This document shows, piece by piece, positions 38,469 to 48,431 of a stretch of DNA of 64,000 nt. The notes under the pieces are model-generated. The model was given only the letters and a program-made list of their open reading frames with translations. It had not been told where the DNA came from and searched no databases. Source of the DNA: Candidatus Latescibacterota bacterium (GTDB lineage: Bacteria > Latescibacterota > UBA2968 > UBA8231); assembly GCA_965248355.1 (NCBI GenBank), contig OZ252098.1, forward strand, positions 4,320,001-4,384,000. Reading direction: 5' to 3'. Within the stretch, counting starts at the first letter, position 1. Every line of letters starts with the position of its first letter. The translations under genes were made by a program, and so were the position numbers.

Positions 38469-39917
38469 TCAGCGGGCCAAGGTCATCGTTCGCTGCTCGG
38501 ACAGGCCCCGGGCGGGCATCTCCAGGCGGTAGTGGTAGATGCCGCTGGCCACGGCGCGGCCGGACTCGTCGGCGCCGTCCCAGTCGACCACGTAGCGGCC
38601 GGGGCGGTGACGGCCATCGGCCAGGGTGCGTACCCGCTGGCCAACGGCGTTGTAGACCGTGAGGGAGGCCTCGCCGTGGGCCGGCAGCGCGAACTGGATG
38701 CGCGTCCTCGGGTTGAAGGGGTTCGGGTAGTTCGGGTCCAACTCGAAGCTTTGCGGGACGGACTCGCCTTCGGGATCGAGCACGGCGGTGTCCGGCGGCT
38801 CGTCGATGATCCCGTCCCCGGCCCGCCACACCGTGCTCTGCGGCCAGTAGGTGCTCCAGGCGAACCACATGGAGTTGTAGGCCGGCAGCTGCGCGAGCTG
38901 CTCCCCCTCGAGCGTCCCCTCCACGGCCCGGCCGAGCAGGTCCCAGGTGGTGCCGGTCTCCACGTCGCGGAACTCGGGGAGCTGGCCGGAGGGATCGACC
39001 TGGTAGAAGGTGAGGGTCCGTCCGTCGACGCGGCGGCTGTAGGGCAGGGCGGTCTGCGAGTCTTCGTGGAAGACGACCAGGAGGGGCTCGCCGCCGAGCT
39101 CGTCGTTGATCACCGCCTCGGGGGACATGTCACGGAATGCGTACGCCCGCAGCTCATCTCCCAGGCAGATGCCCAGGACCAGCTCCTTGGCCAGGTAGAC
39201 GGAGAGGTCCGGGGTGCCCGTAGTCCACAGGAAGATGAAGAAGTCGTGGTCGGTGCGGTAGTTGCCGTACGGATAGTCGCGGAAGTAGATCGGCTTGGAG
39301 TAGCGGCTCTGCTGCCCTTGGGGATAGCGGTCGAGCCCGGTCCCGGAGAGGGCCACCTCGCTGTCGGGGTACATCCGCTTCCACATCTCGAAGGTCGTCA
39401 CGATCGCCGGCAGCAGCTCCAGCTGCTCGCCCATGTAGGCGCCGTTGATGCCGGTGTAGATCATCTGCGGGTACAGGGTCGTGTCGTCCCGGCGGTCGTA
39501 CATCACCAGGTTGGAGTTGATCAGCAGCCCCGAGACGCCGAACTCGATCTGGCGGCCGTCCTCGGCGGTGGCGTCGAAGACCTGGGGCGTCCCCGTGAGC
39601 GGGCACAGGGTCACGGAGATGAACCCGTCGCCGATCCGGTCGTTGATGATCTCGTGCCACCAGCCCAGGTTCTCGGGATAGGCCTTCACCTCGCCGCCGC
39701 GCGCGACGCCGATGACAAGGTCCGTCTCGGCGACGTAGTCGATCTCCGACGCCGGCCCGAAGTCCGGGTTGGTGACGGCCGGGATGCCGTCGACGGGCGG
39801 GCCCCCCGACCGCAGGTGCCCGGTCAGTGCGTCCAGATCCTCAAAGGGGAAGGGGCCGCCGGGCCAGGCGGGCGCGGCGAGCCAGCAGAGGATTGCGCAA
39901 CGGGAGAGGGTCTTCAT
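38469..39917 (-). CDS. Secreted DUF3179 protein with C-terminal FlgD_ig/sorting domain
   Basis: Signal peptide; DGIPA, WHEIIND, TLCPLTGT, FGVSGLL.NSNLVMYDR, MWFAW; then NYPNPFNPRT...VYNAVGQRVRTL...WDG...ASGIY. Confidence 0.88.
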   Translation of the reverse strand: MKTLSRCAILCWLAAPAWPGGPFPFEDLDALTGHLRSGGPPVDGIPAVTNPDFGPASEIDYVAETDLVIGVARGGEVKAYPENLGWWHEIINDRIGDGFISVTLCPLTGTPQVFDATAEDGRQIEFGVSGLLINSNLVMYDRRDDTTLYPQMIYTGINGAYMGEQLELLPAIVTTFEMWKRMYPDSEVALSGTGLDRYPQGQQSRYSKPIYFRDYPYGNYRTDHDFFIFLWTTGTPDLSVYLAKELVLGICLGDELRAYAFRDMSPEAVINDELGGEPLLVVFHEDSQTALPYSRRVDGRTLTFYQVDPSGQLPEFRDVETGTTWDLLGRAVEGTLEGEQLAQLPAYNSMWFAWSTYWPQSTVWRAGDGIIDEPPDTAVLDPEGESVPQSFELDPNYPNPFNPRTRIQFALPAHGEASLTVYNAVGQRVRTLADGRHRPGRYVVDWDGADESGRAVASGIYHYRLEMPARGLSEQRTMTLAR

Positions 39918-39975
39918 GCGGCCATCCGTTCAACGGGTTCGGTAAGGTAGGCAGAAGTCCGGCCGGCCGCAGCCC

Positions 39976-39999
39976 GCGATACCGGGATCCCGGTATCGC
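39976..39999. repeat. Perfect 24-bp palindrome immediately after the yyaL-like stop codon
   Basis: GCGATACCGGGATCCCGGTATCGC equals its own reverse complement. Confidence 0.9.
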
Positions 40000-42351
40000 C
40001 TAGTCGCCTATGGATACCGGGATCGTGCCGACCACTTCCACCGGCAGCAGGCAGAGCTCGTCGTCGCAGGCCTGGTAGCGGACGGCGGCGCGCAGGACAC
40101 CCTGCGCCGGCGGCGCGTCCTCCTCGGCCGCAAGCCTCGACACCACATCCACCTTCCCACCCCAGACCGCCAGGGTCTCGGCCAGCGAGGGAAAGGGCAA
40201 CGGACGGGAGGCCGGGTACTCGACCTCGATCTGACGCAGGGTCACCCCGGCGGGGTTCACCGTGACCGTGGTCGGCACGAGACCGGCCGCGGCCGGATTG
40301 GCGTTTACGTGCCAGCCCTCGGCGATCTCCAGACTCACCGTGAGACGGGCCGGTTCCCCGGGGGCCAGCCTCGGCGGATCCAGGGCGAAGGCGACCTTCA
40401 CGACGGAATCGCCCGACGCCGGCATCTCCTGGAGCCGCCGCGGCGGCGGCACGGCGGCCACCCCCGCGGCGGGCGCGCTGCCGGCCGTTGAGCGCAGCCA
40501 GGCCCGCATGGCCGCGATCATGTGCGCGTAGGCGCCCGGCGCCGAGGCGATGCTGCCGCCGAAGGCCCGCATGCACTCCACGGCCGCCTCCGTGTAGCGG
40601 GCCTCCCCGGCCGCTTCGCCCAGCTCCAGCAGCACCTGCGCGGCCACCGCGTTGGCCGACGGCAGGGCGCCGTCGTAGGCCACCTTGCTGCGCGCGATCA
40701 GGTCCTGGCCCCCCGAGGTGAAGAAGAAACCCCCGCCGCCGTCGACGTCGCGGAAACGGTCGATCATGGCGTCGGCCACGGACCGCGCCTCTTCGAGCCA
40801 GCGCGGCCTCCCGCTGGCCCGGTGCAAGGCCAGCAGACCGTCGGCGAGGTGGGCGTAGTCCTCCAGGTATCCTTCGTAGCGGGAGGCACCGGCGCGATGG
40901 ACGCGGTACAGCCCGCCGCCGGCGCGCAGGTGCTCCAGCACGAACCGCGCCGCCGCCTCGGCCTCGGCGATGGCGGCGGTGTCGCCGAGGGCCGCTCCCG
41001 CCTCGGCGGCGGCGGCGATCATCATGCCGTTCCAGGCGGTGATCACCTTGTCGTCCAGCAGCGGATAGGTGCGCGACCGACGGGCTTGATGGAGGCGCCG
41101 GAACGAGGCCTCAAGCGAGCCCCGCAGGGCGCCTTGGCCGACGCCGAGCCGGTCCGCCGCCGAATCGATGCCGGTGCGCTGGAACAGGGCGCCGCCCTCT
41201 CCTTCGGGCACCGGGGCCAGCCCGTAGGCGGCCAAGAGGGTATCCGCCGCTCCCCCGCCCAGGATCTCGCGTATCCGCGCCTCCGTCCAGGTGTAGTACT
41301 TGCCTTCCACGTGCTCGGACTCCGCGTCGAGGGCCGAGTAGTAGGCGCCCTCGGCGGAGGTCATCTCCCGGCGGACGTAGCGCAGGATCCCCTCGGCGAC
41401 CCGGCGCCAGCGATCGTCCCCCGTGGATGCGTAGGCGCGCGCGTACAGCCGCAGCATCTGGGCCTGGTTGTAGAGCATCTTCTCGAAGTGGGGCACGCGC
41501 CAGCGGGCGTCGGTGGCGTAGCGGTGGAACCCGCCGCCCACGTGGTCCTGGAGACCGCCGCGGGCCATCGCCTCCAGCGAGCGCCGGAGGATTCGCCCCG
41601 CCTCCGCGTCCCCCTCCTCGGCGTCGATCTGCCGGAGCAGCTCGAGGCGCATGGTGGGCGGGAACTTCGGGGCTCCGCCGAAGCCCCCGTTCTCGCTGTC
41701 GTAAAGGGCCTTGATCCGCTCCACCGCCGCCGCGACCACGTCGATCGCAGGCTCGCGCGGCTCATCCGTCAGCGCCTGGGCCCGCCGCACTCGCTCGGCC
41801 ATTCCCGAGGCCACCCGATCCACCTCTGGCCGGCGTTCGGTCCAGGCCGCGCGCATCGCCTCCAGCACGCGTGGGAACCCGGGCCGCCCCGGAAGGTCGC
41901 CGGGCGGGAAGTAGGTGCCGGCGTAGAACGGCTCCAGCGAGGGCGTGAGGAACACGGAGTTGGGCCAGCCGCCGTGGCCGGAGAGGATCTGCGTCGCCGT
42001 CATGTAGATGGCGTCCACGTCGGGCCGCTCCTCGCGGTCGACCTTGATGTTGACGAACCCGGCGTTCATCAGGGCCGCGATCTCCGGGTCGGAGAACACC
42101 TCGCGCTCCATGACGTGGCACCAGTAGCAGGTGGAGTAGCCCACGGAGAGGAAGATCGGGCGGTCCTCGCTGCGGGCGAGGGCCAGCGCCTCCGGCCCCC
42201 AGGGGTACCAGTCGACCGGGTTGCCGGCGTGGAGCAGCAGGTAGGGGCTGGTTTCGGCGGCCAGCCGGTTGGCGGGGGCGGCGGCGGGCTCGGAAGGGCC
42301 GGCGCAGGCGGCGGCGAGTGCGGCCGCGAGGAGCCCCGCCAGGGCGGTCAC
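40000..42351 (-). CDS. YyaL/DUF255 thioredoxin-domain lipoprotein with C-terminal DsbD-N-like domain
   Basis: Lipobox [60 protein letters not shown]-terminal GWHVNAN...YQACDDELC. Confidence 0.9.
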   Translation of the reverse strand: MTALAGLLAAALAAACAGPSEPAAAPANRLAAETSPYLLLHAGNPVDWYPWGPEALALARSEDRPIFLSVGYSTCYWCHVMEREVFSDPEIAALMNAGFVNIKVDREERPDVDAIYMTATQILSGHGGWPNSVFLTPSLEPFYAGTYFPPGDLPGRPGFPRVLEAMRAAWTERRPEVDRVASGMAERVRRAQALTDEPREPAIDVVAAAVERIKALYDSENGGFGGAPKFPPTMRLELLRQIDAEEGDAEAGRILRRSLEAMARGGLQDHVGGGFHRYATDARWRVPHFEKMLYNQAQMLRLYARAYASTGDDRWRRVAEGILRYVRREMTSAEGAYYSALDAESEHVEGKYYTWTEARIREILGGGAADTLLAAYGLAPVPEGEGGALFQRTGIDSAADRLGVGQGALRGSLEASFRRLHQARRSRTYPLLDDKVITAWNGMMIAAAAEAGAALGDTAAIAEAEAAARFVLEHLRAGGGLYRVHRAGASRYEGYLEDYAHLADGLLALHRASGRPRWLEEARSVADAMIDRFRDVDGGGGFFFTSGGQDLIARSKVAYDGALPSANAVAAQVLLELGEAAGEARYTEAAVECMRAFGGSIASAPGAYAHMIAAMRAWLRSTAGSAPAAGVAAVPPPRRLQEMPASGDSVVKVAFALDPPRLAPGEPARLTVSLEIAEGWHVNANPAAAGLVPTTVTVNPAGVTLRQIEVEYPASRPLPFPSLAETLAVWGGKVDVVSRLAAEEDAPPAQGVLRAAVRYQACDDELCLLPVEVVGTIPVSIGD

Positions 42352-43403
42352 CGGACGGCGACAGCCTCGCTGTGCAGCATCTCGCGGGTCGTGTCGAGCA
42401 CGTAGTCCACGTCGTCGGGGGTGACGTGGCGGTTGGTCACCAGCCGCACCCGGGTGGGGGGGCGCGGATTGCACTTGATGCCGCGCGCCTTCCACTGGTC
42501 GATGAGGCCGGCCGTCGACCAGCCCAGCCCGCCCACGTCGACCATGAGGATGTTCGTCGGCCGCGGGGCCCGCACCGCGGCGACCCCTTCGATGGCGGCC
42601 AGGCCCTCGGCCAGGCACCGCGCCGTCTCGTGGTCCTCGGCGAGGCGGTCGACCATGGTCTCGAGGGCGACGATGCCGGCGGCGGCCATGATGCCGGCCT
42701 GGCGCATGGCGCCCCCGAGGCGCTTGCGGGCCCGGTAGGCATCGTCGATGAAGGCGCGGGAGCCGCACAGGACCGAGCCGACGGGCGCGCTCAGGCCCTT
42801 GGAGACGCAGAACGTCACCGAGTCGACGTGGGCGGTGAGCTCCTTCGCATCGACTCGGAGGGCGACGGCGGCGTTGAACAGGCGCGCGCCATCGAGATGG
42901 ATCCTCAGGCCCCGGTCGCGGGCGGCCAGGGCCACGGCGGCCGTCTCCTCCGGGCTCCATACGGCGCCGGCGGCGTTGTTGTGCGTGTTCTCCAGACACA
43001 GCAGGCCGGTCTTGGGAAAGTGCGGATTCGGCGGCCGCAGGACGGCCTCGAACTGTTCGGCGGTGAAGATGCCCTGGTCGCCGCGCACCGGGCGCGTCGC
43101 CAGGCCCGCGATGTTGGAGTAGGCGCCCGCCTCCCAGCAGTAGAGGTGGGCCAGCTCTTCCACCACCATCTCCTCGCCGTACCGGGTGTGGGCCAGCAGG
43201 GCGGCGGTGTTGGCCATGGTGCCCGAGGGCAGGAACAGCCCCGCCTCCTTCCCCATGCGCTCGGCGGCCAGTTCCTGCAGGCGCTGCACCGTGGGATCCT
43301 CGCCGTACACGTCGTCCCCGACGTCGGCGTGGTGCATGGCTTCCCACATCGCTTCGGTGGGGCGGGTGATCGTGTCGCTGCGCAGGTCGACGGTGCGGTC
43401 CAT
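42348..43403 (-). CDS. ltaE: Low-specificity L-threonine aldolase
   Basis: [40 protein letters not shown] and SKGL motifs. Confidence 0.95.
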   Translation of the reverse strand: MDRTVDLRSDTITRPTEAMWEAMHHADVGDDVYGEDPTVQRLQELAAERMGKEAGLFLPSGTMANTAALLAHTRYGEEMVVEELAHLYCWEAGAYSNIAGLATRPVRGDQGIFTAEQFEAVLRPPNPHFPKTGLLCLENTHNNAAGAVWSPEETAAVALAARDRGLRIHLDGARLFNAAVALRVDAKELTAHVDSVTFCVSKGLSAPVGSVLCGSRAFIDDAYRARKRLGGAMRQAGIMAAAGIVALETMVDRLAEDHETARCLAEGLAAIEGVAAVRAPRPTNILMVDVGGLGWSTAGLIDQWKARGIKCNPRPPTRVRLVTNRHVTPDDVDYVLDTTREMLHSEAVAVR

Positions 43404-43478
43404 GTCCGATGCTGGCTCCCTCGGTCGGTCTTTTCTTATCCTGTCCCGAAACCTAACCGAGCCGGAGAAGATTGTCGA

Positions 43479-45113
43479 ATGGCCTTTCCCTCCCGAGGAC
43501 TCACCCACCGATCCACCGTAACCGGGCGCCGCGGTCTCGTGGCCGCGGCCCATCCCCTGGCCTCCCTGGCGGGAGTCCGCATCCTGCTGGAAGGGGGCAA
43601 CGCCATCGACGCGGCCGTGGCCACCGCCGCCGCTCTCAACGTCGTCGAGCCGTACATGTCCGGCATCGGCGGCGTCGGCTACATGCACATCTATTCGGCC
43701 CGCGACGGCGAGCACAAGGTCTGCGACTACGTGGGCCTGACGCCGGCCGCCGCCGACCTGTCCCTGTACACCGAGCCGGCCCAACAGGCGCGGGGGCCCC
43801 TCTCTCCCCTCGTTCCCGGCGCCTGCGCCGGCTGGCTCGAAGCCCTGCGGCGCTACGGCTCCATGGACGCCGCCGCCGTCTTCGCCCCGGCCATCGAGCT
43901 GGCCGAGGGCGGCTTTCCCCTCACCGTCAAGAACGCCTGGTTCTTCAATGCGGCCGCCGAGGCCCTGCGGGAGTTCCCTTCGTCGGCCGGCACCTACCTC
44001 GTCGACGGCCGCAGCCCGGAGGCGGGCGAGGTGCTCGTTCAGCAGGACCTGGCCGAGACCTTCCGCACCCTGGCCGCCGATGGGCCCGACGCCTTCTACG
44101 GCGGCGCCATGGGAGACGCCATCGCCGCCTTCATGGCCGACAGCGGCGGCCTGCTCACCAAACAGGACCTGGTGGCCAACCGGCCGGTCTGGCTGGATCC
44201 CGTGGGCATGGGCTACCGGGACTGGACCGTCTTCGCGCCCGCGCCGCCCTGCCAGGCCGTGCAGTACCTGGAGACCCTGAAGATCCTCGAGGGCTTCGAC
44301 ATCGGCGCCATGGGCCACAACACCGCGGAGACGCTGCACACCTTCATCGAGGCGGTGAAGCTGGCCTGCATCGACCGCATCCACTATACCGCCATCGAGG
44401 ATCCGCCCACCGCCGGCCTGCTGTCGGAGGGCTACGCCGCCGAGCGGCGGCGCCTGATCGGACCGCAGGCCGCCGTCCACATGGGCAACACCTTCCGCCG
44501 CCAGCGGCAGGAGGGCGAGGTCGGCCCCGGCGATCCGAGAGCCTGGATCAAGACGGAGTGCACCACCCACTTCGACACCATCGACGCCGACGGCAACGCC
44601 GTGGCCTGCACCCAGAGCCTGGGCTCGGGCTTCGGGTCGGCCATGGTCGTGCCGGGCACCGGGGTGGCGCTGAACAACTTCATGAACTGGTTCGATGACG
44701 TCGAAGGCAGCCCCAACGCCATCGGACCGTCGAAGAAGAACGAGATGTGCGTCTCCCCGGCGCAGGTGTGGGATGAGGATGGATTGCGCCTGCTCATCGG
44801 CACGCCGGGTTCGCACGGCATCCTGCAGACCACCCCGCAGATGATCATGAACGTCCTCGACCACGGCATGAACGTGCAGGCCGCCATCGAGGCGCCTCGC
44901 CTCACGGTGGCAGGGACGCGGCGGGTCGATGTGGAGTCGCGGGTGTCCTCGGAGGTGCTCGCCGAGCTCGAGGGGCGCGGACACGTGTTCCACCACCTCG
45001 GGGACTGGTCCCCCGGCGTCGGCGGCGGCCAGGGCATCCACGTCGATCCGGCCTCCGGCGCTTTCATGGGCGGCGCCGATCCGCGCCGGGACGGCTACGC
45101 TCTCGGTTGCTGA
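43479..45113 (+). CDS. ggt: Gamma-glutamyltransferase family protein
   Basis: GGNAIDAAVA, EPYMSGIGG, TTH (nucleophile Thr), GFGS, GTPG and GGADPRRDG; no signal peptide. Confidence 0.93.
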   Translation: MAFPSRGLTHRSTVTGRRGLVAAAHPLASLAGVRILLEGGNAIDAAVATAAALNVVEPYMSGIGGVGYMHIYSARDGEHKVCDYVGLTPAAADLSLYTEPAQQARGPLSPLVPGACAGWLEALRRYGSMDAAAVFAPAIELAEGGFPLTVKNAWFFNAAAEALREFPSSAGTYLVDGRSPEAGEVLVQQDLAETFRTLAADGPDAFYGGAMGDAIAAFMADSGGLLTKQDLVANRPVWLDPVGMGYRDWTVFAPAPPCQAVQYLETLKILEGFDIGAMGHNTAETLHTFIEAVKLACIDRIHYTAIEDPPTAGLLSEGYAAERRRLIGPQAAVHMGNTFRRQRQEGEVGPGDPRAWIKTECTTHFDTIDADGNAVACTQSLGSGFGSAMVVPGTGVALNNFMNWFDDVEGSPNAIGPSKKNEMCVSPAQVWDEDGLRLLIGTPGSHGILQTTPQMIMNVLDHGMNVQAAIEAPRLTVAGTRRVDVESRVSSEVLAELEGRGHVFHHLGDWSPGVGGGQGIHVDPASGAFMGGADPRRDGYALGC

Positions 45114-45991
45114 TGGGGGGGTTCCACATCGAGGCCGGCGGCCGCGCCGTCGACGTCTGGTGTGAGGACTGCGTGGTGAACATGGGCCAACGCCTCGGCG
45201 CCGGCAGCGTCGACGTGGTCGTCACCTCCCCGCCGTACAACCTGGGCACGCGCTACGGGGCCTACGACGACTCCGGCTCCCGCCGGGAGTACGTGCGCTG
45301 GATGGGGGAGTGGGGCGCGGCGGTGCGCGAGGTCCTGTGCGATTCGGGCTCCCTCTTCCTCAACATCGGCGGCAAGCCCTCCGACCCCTGGGGCCCCTTC
45401 GAGGTCCTCCTCGAGCTGCGCCGGCACTTCGAGCTGCAGAACGTCTTCCACTGGGTCAAGTCGATCGCCATCGAGAAGGAGGACGTGGGCCGCTACCCCG
45501 GAGTCGAAGGCAACGTCTCCGTGGGCCACTACAAGCCGATCCAGAGCCGCCGCTACGTCAACGACTGCCACGAGTACATCTTCCACCTCACCAAGAAGGG
45601 GGACGTACCTCTCGACAGGCTGGCCGTCGGCGTCGAGTACCAGGACAAGTCGAACGTGGCGCGCTGGAACGGCGTCGACGAGGACAGGCGCTGCCGCGGC
45701 AACACCTGGTTCGTTCCCTACCGCACGATCCGCAGCCGCCGTGAGCAGCGGCCGCACCCGGCCACCTTCCCGGTGAAGATCCCGCGCATGTGCGTGCGCC
45801 TCCACGGGCTGGAGCGGACCCGCCGGGTCATGGACCCCTTCCTCGGCATCGGCGCCTCGGCCGTGGCCTGCGTCGAGCTGGGCGTCGACTTCGCCGGCTT
45901 CGAGACCGATGCCGAGTACTGCCGCGAGGCGCGCCGGTCCGTGGAGGAAACCGCCGCCGCCGTTACGAGCCGTCGGCCCGTACCGGGATGA
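45113..45991 (+). CDS. Beta-class amino (m4C/m6A) DNA methyltransferase, no cognate endonuclease adjacent
   Basis: Catalytic VTSPPY precedes HPATFP and the SAM-binding MDPFLGIG. Confidence 0.93.
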   Translation: MGGFHIEAGGRAVDVWCEDCVVNMGQRLGAGSVDVVVTSPPYNLGTRYGAYDDSGSRREYVRWMGEWGAAVREVLCDSGSLFLNIGGKPSDPWGPFEVLLELRRHFELQNVFHWVKSIAIEKEDVGRYPGVEGNVSVGHYKPIQSRRYVNDCHEYIFHLTKKGDVPLDRLAVGVEYQDKSNVARWNGVDEDRRCRGNTWFVPYRTIRSRREQRPHPATFPVKIPRMCVRLHGLERTRRVMDPFLGIGASAVACVELGVDFAGFETDAEYCREARRSVEETAAAVTSRRPVPG

Positions 45992-47115
45992 GCGCCTCGG
46001 GCCGGGTGCTGCTCGTGGGGGGCTTCGCCCCCGGGCAGTCCCTGTGGAGCATCCACCAGGGATTCGAGGCCGCCGGCCTGCAGGTGGTGTACGCCCCCAG
46101 CCGGGGCTGCATCGAGGCCCACCGGGAGAGGGACGTCCTGCTGGCCTCGGAAGAGGCGGATCGCATCCCGGCGCCGGAGCGGTGGGACCTGCGCTACGCC
46201 GACGCCGACGCCTTCGAGGAGGGGCTGGCCGGTCTCGTGCAGGAGCACCGGCCGGAGCTGCTGCTGTGGTGGTTCAGCAAGGACGACTGTCCGCCGGGGC
46301 TCATCGCCTCGCTGCGGCGGCGGTTCCCCTGGCTGAAGACGGTCACCCACACCCAGGACGATCCCTGGGACGCGCTCCGCCATCCCGGGTATTCCCGGGA
46401 GTTCGAATACGTCGTCACCTGCTGCAAGGAGAGCGTCGAGGTCTACCGCGAGAGGGGGATCCGGGCCATCGTCCTCTACCCGCCGCCGGCCCGCCAGCTG
46501 CACGGGGCCGCCGAGGCCAACCCCCACGAGGAGTGCGACTTCTCGGTCACGATTCTATCCATCTACGCTCGCGGCGACAGCGACGGGCAGGCCTATCTGA
46601 CCTCCCCCGATCCGATCGAGCGCATCACCCATCCCATCGGTTTTCCCGACCAGCGGGTGCTGCGCCAGCAGGTCGTGGAGACCGTGGCCGCCCTGGGCCG
46701 CACCCACGTCTACGGCGGACTCGGCTTCGGCACCTTTGCCGGCATCCCCCGTTCCTGCTACCGCGGGTTCCGCACCTACCGGGAGCTGCCCGGGGTCTAC
46801 CGGGCGGCGAAGATCAACGTCAACCAGCACAACTCGCCCCGCTCCCACGGCTACCTGAACCAGCGCGACACGGCGATCACCGGCTCCGGCGGATTCATGC
46901 TGACCGATTACGTGGAGGGCATGGAGGAGGAGTTCGACATCGGCGCCGAGATCGACACGTGGGAGACGGCGGAGGAGCTGGGGGACAAGGCCGCCTGGTG
47001 GCTGCGGCACGACGACGAGCGCGAGGCGGCGGGCCGGGCCGCCCAGCGCCGGGTCCTCGGCAGCTACGGCAACGACGCCTACGTGGGCCGGCTGCTGGAG
47101 TTCGTCCGGAGTTGA
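45988..47115 (+). CDS. CgeB-like (Glyco_trans_1_2) GT-B glycosyltransferase
   Basis: QDDP, ELPGVYRAAKINVN, LNQR...GSGGFMLTD, FDIGAEI, REAAGRAAQRRV. Confidence 0.8.
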   Translation: MSASGRVLLVGGFAPGQSLWSIHQGFEAAGLQVVYAPSRGCIEAHRERDVLLASEEADRIPAPERWDLRYADADAFEEGLAGLVQEHRPELLLWWFSKDDCPPGLIASLRRRFPWLKTVTHTQDDPWDALRHPGYSREFEYVVTCCKESVEVYRERGIRAIVLYPPPARQLHGAAEANPHEECDFSVTILSIYARGDSDGQAYLTSPDPIERITHPIGFPDQRVLRQQVVETVAALGRTHVYGGLGFGTFAGIPRSCYRGFRTYRELPGVYRAAKINVNQHNSPRSHGYLNQRDTAITGSGGFMLTDYVEGMEEEFDIGAEIDTWETAEELGDKAAWWLRHDDEREAAGRAAQRRVLGSYGNDAYVGRLLEFVRS

Positions 47116-47158
47116 GCGGCCCATGCCGGACGGCGCAGGTATCAGCCGAGGCCGGGGA

Positions 47159-48208
47159 TCACCAGGTGTCGATGACGGTGAAGCCGACCGTGCCGAAGCC
47201 GGTCATCTCCGCCAGCACGCCGCCGGCGGCATCGACGCTCACCGTGGCGCTCACGAGCCGCCGCGGTTGGAGCCGGCCGGAGGCGACCAGGGCCAGCAGG
47301 CCGGGGTAGCTGGTGGTCGGACACCCGAGGCTGGTGATGAAGCTGATCTCGTTGCGGATCATGTCGTCCACGGGCAGGGCCATGTGGCCCTCCTCCGCCT
47401 CCTCCTCCGGCGTCGACATGCCGATCTGCAGGTGGCGGGCGCCCTTGCCCAGGCTGGCCAGTGCGGGGAGGGCGGTCCGCGTCGAGCCCAGGGCGTCGAG
47501 GCTGAGATCGGCGCCTCCGCCGCAGAGATCACGTATCGCTTCGGCGGCGTCGCAGGTGCGGGCGTCGACGCCGACGACGGCTCCTTCCTCCCGGGCCCGG
47601 GTGAGCTTGGCGTCGTCGATGTCCACGGCGATCACACGGGCCCCCAGGGCCGAGGCGATCTGCACCGCGGAGAGCCCGATGCCGCCGGCTCCGAAGACCG
47701 CCAGCCACTCGCCGGGAGCCAGGCGGGCCCGGTCGACCAGGCCGTGCCAGGCGGTCATGTAGCGGCAGCCGAGGGCCGCGGCGCCCAGGAAGTCCACCTC
47801 CTCGGGCAGGCGCACGAGGTTGACGTCGGCCGCCGGCACGCGCACGTAGCGGCCGTAACCGCCGTCGAAGGTGATGCCCATGACCCCGTTGGCCTTGCAG
47901 ATGTTGGAACGGCCGCGGTAGCAGTGATCGCAGTGGCCGCAGGCCATGTGGAAGGGCGCGGTGACGCGGTCGCCGGCCTGGAAGGAGCGGACCCCGGCGC
48001 CGACCTCCTCCACGACCCCGCCGAGCTCGTGGCCCAGCACCCTGGGCGGCTGCACCAGGGGCCAGTCGCCGCGCCAGGCGTGCCAGTCGCTGCGGCAGAT
48101 CCCGCAGCCTTCCACGCGCACCACGGCGTCCCCGGACGTAGCCTCGGGCTCCGGCAGCACCCGCACCTGAAGGGGGGCGCCGAATTCGGTCAGTACGGCA
48201 GCTCTCAT
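47159..48208 (-). CDS. Zinc-dependent alcohol dehydrogenase
   Basis: CGICRSD, GHE, CGHCDHC..C and GAGGIGLS motifs. Confidence 0.93.
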   Translation of the reverse strand: MRAAVLTEFGAPLQVRVLPEPEATSGDAVVRVEGCGICRSDWHAWRGDWPLVQPPRVLGHELGGVVEEVGAGVRSFQAGDRVTAPFHMACGHCDHCYRGRSNICKANGVMGITFDGGYGRYVRVPAADVNLVRLPEEVDFLGAAALGCRYMTAWHGLVDRARLAPGEWLAVFGAGGIGLSAVQIASALGARVIAVDIDDAKLTRAREEGAVVGVDARTCDAAEAIRDLCGGGADLSLDALGSTRTALPALASLGKGARHLQIGMSTPEEEAEEGHMALPVDDMIRNEISFITSLGCPTTSYPGLLALVASGRLQPRRLVSATVSVDAAGGVLAEMTGFGTVGFTVIDTW

Positions 48209-48288
48209 GACGGGCTAAGGCCTTGCCACGAATTAACTGAATCACTGGGTGGCGGTATCCAGTCTATGATGCCCCACTTGATAGCTCA

Positions 48289-48304
48289 TTTGTTTCGGAA
48301 CAAA
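48289..48304. promoter_or_regulatory. Putative operator between divergent adh and symporter genes
   Basis: Near-perfect palindrome TTTGTTTCGGAACAAA in an AT-rich intergenic region. Confidence 0.5.
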
Positions 48305-48431
48305 GCCTAAGGGTACCCGCCCTCGACGGCGGGGACAACATCCCCGGCCCGAGAGGGGAGGGGCCGTGGAGGCGGGGCGGGACCATCGCCGTCGGGCGAC
48401 CGAGGGCGTTCGAGCCCGGGAAGGAAGCCCC

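Noticed and set aside
38469..39917. Selenoprotein recoding in DUF3179
   Set aside because: The ORF is uninterrupted, with Cys in CPL and no in-frame TGA.
45113..47115. Type II restriction-modification system
   Set aside because: The gene next to the MTase has glycosyltransferase motifs; no PD-(D/E)xK, HNH or GIY-YIG gene is adjacent.
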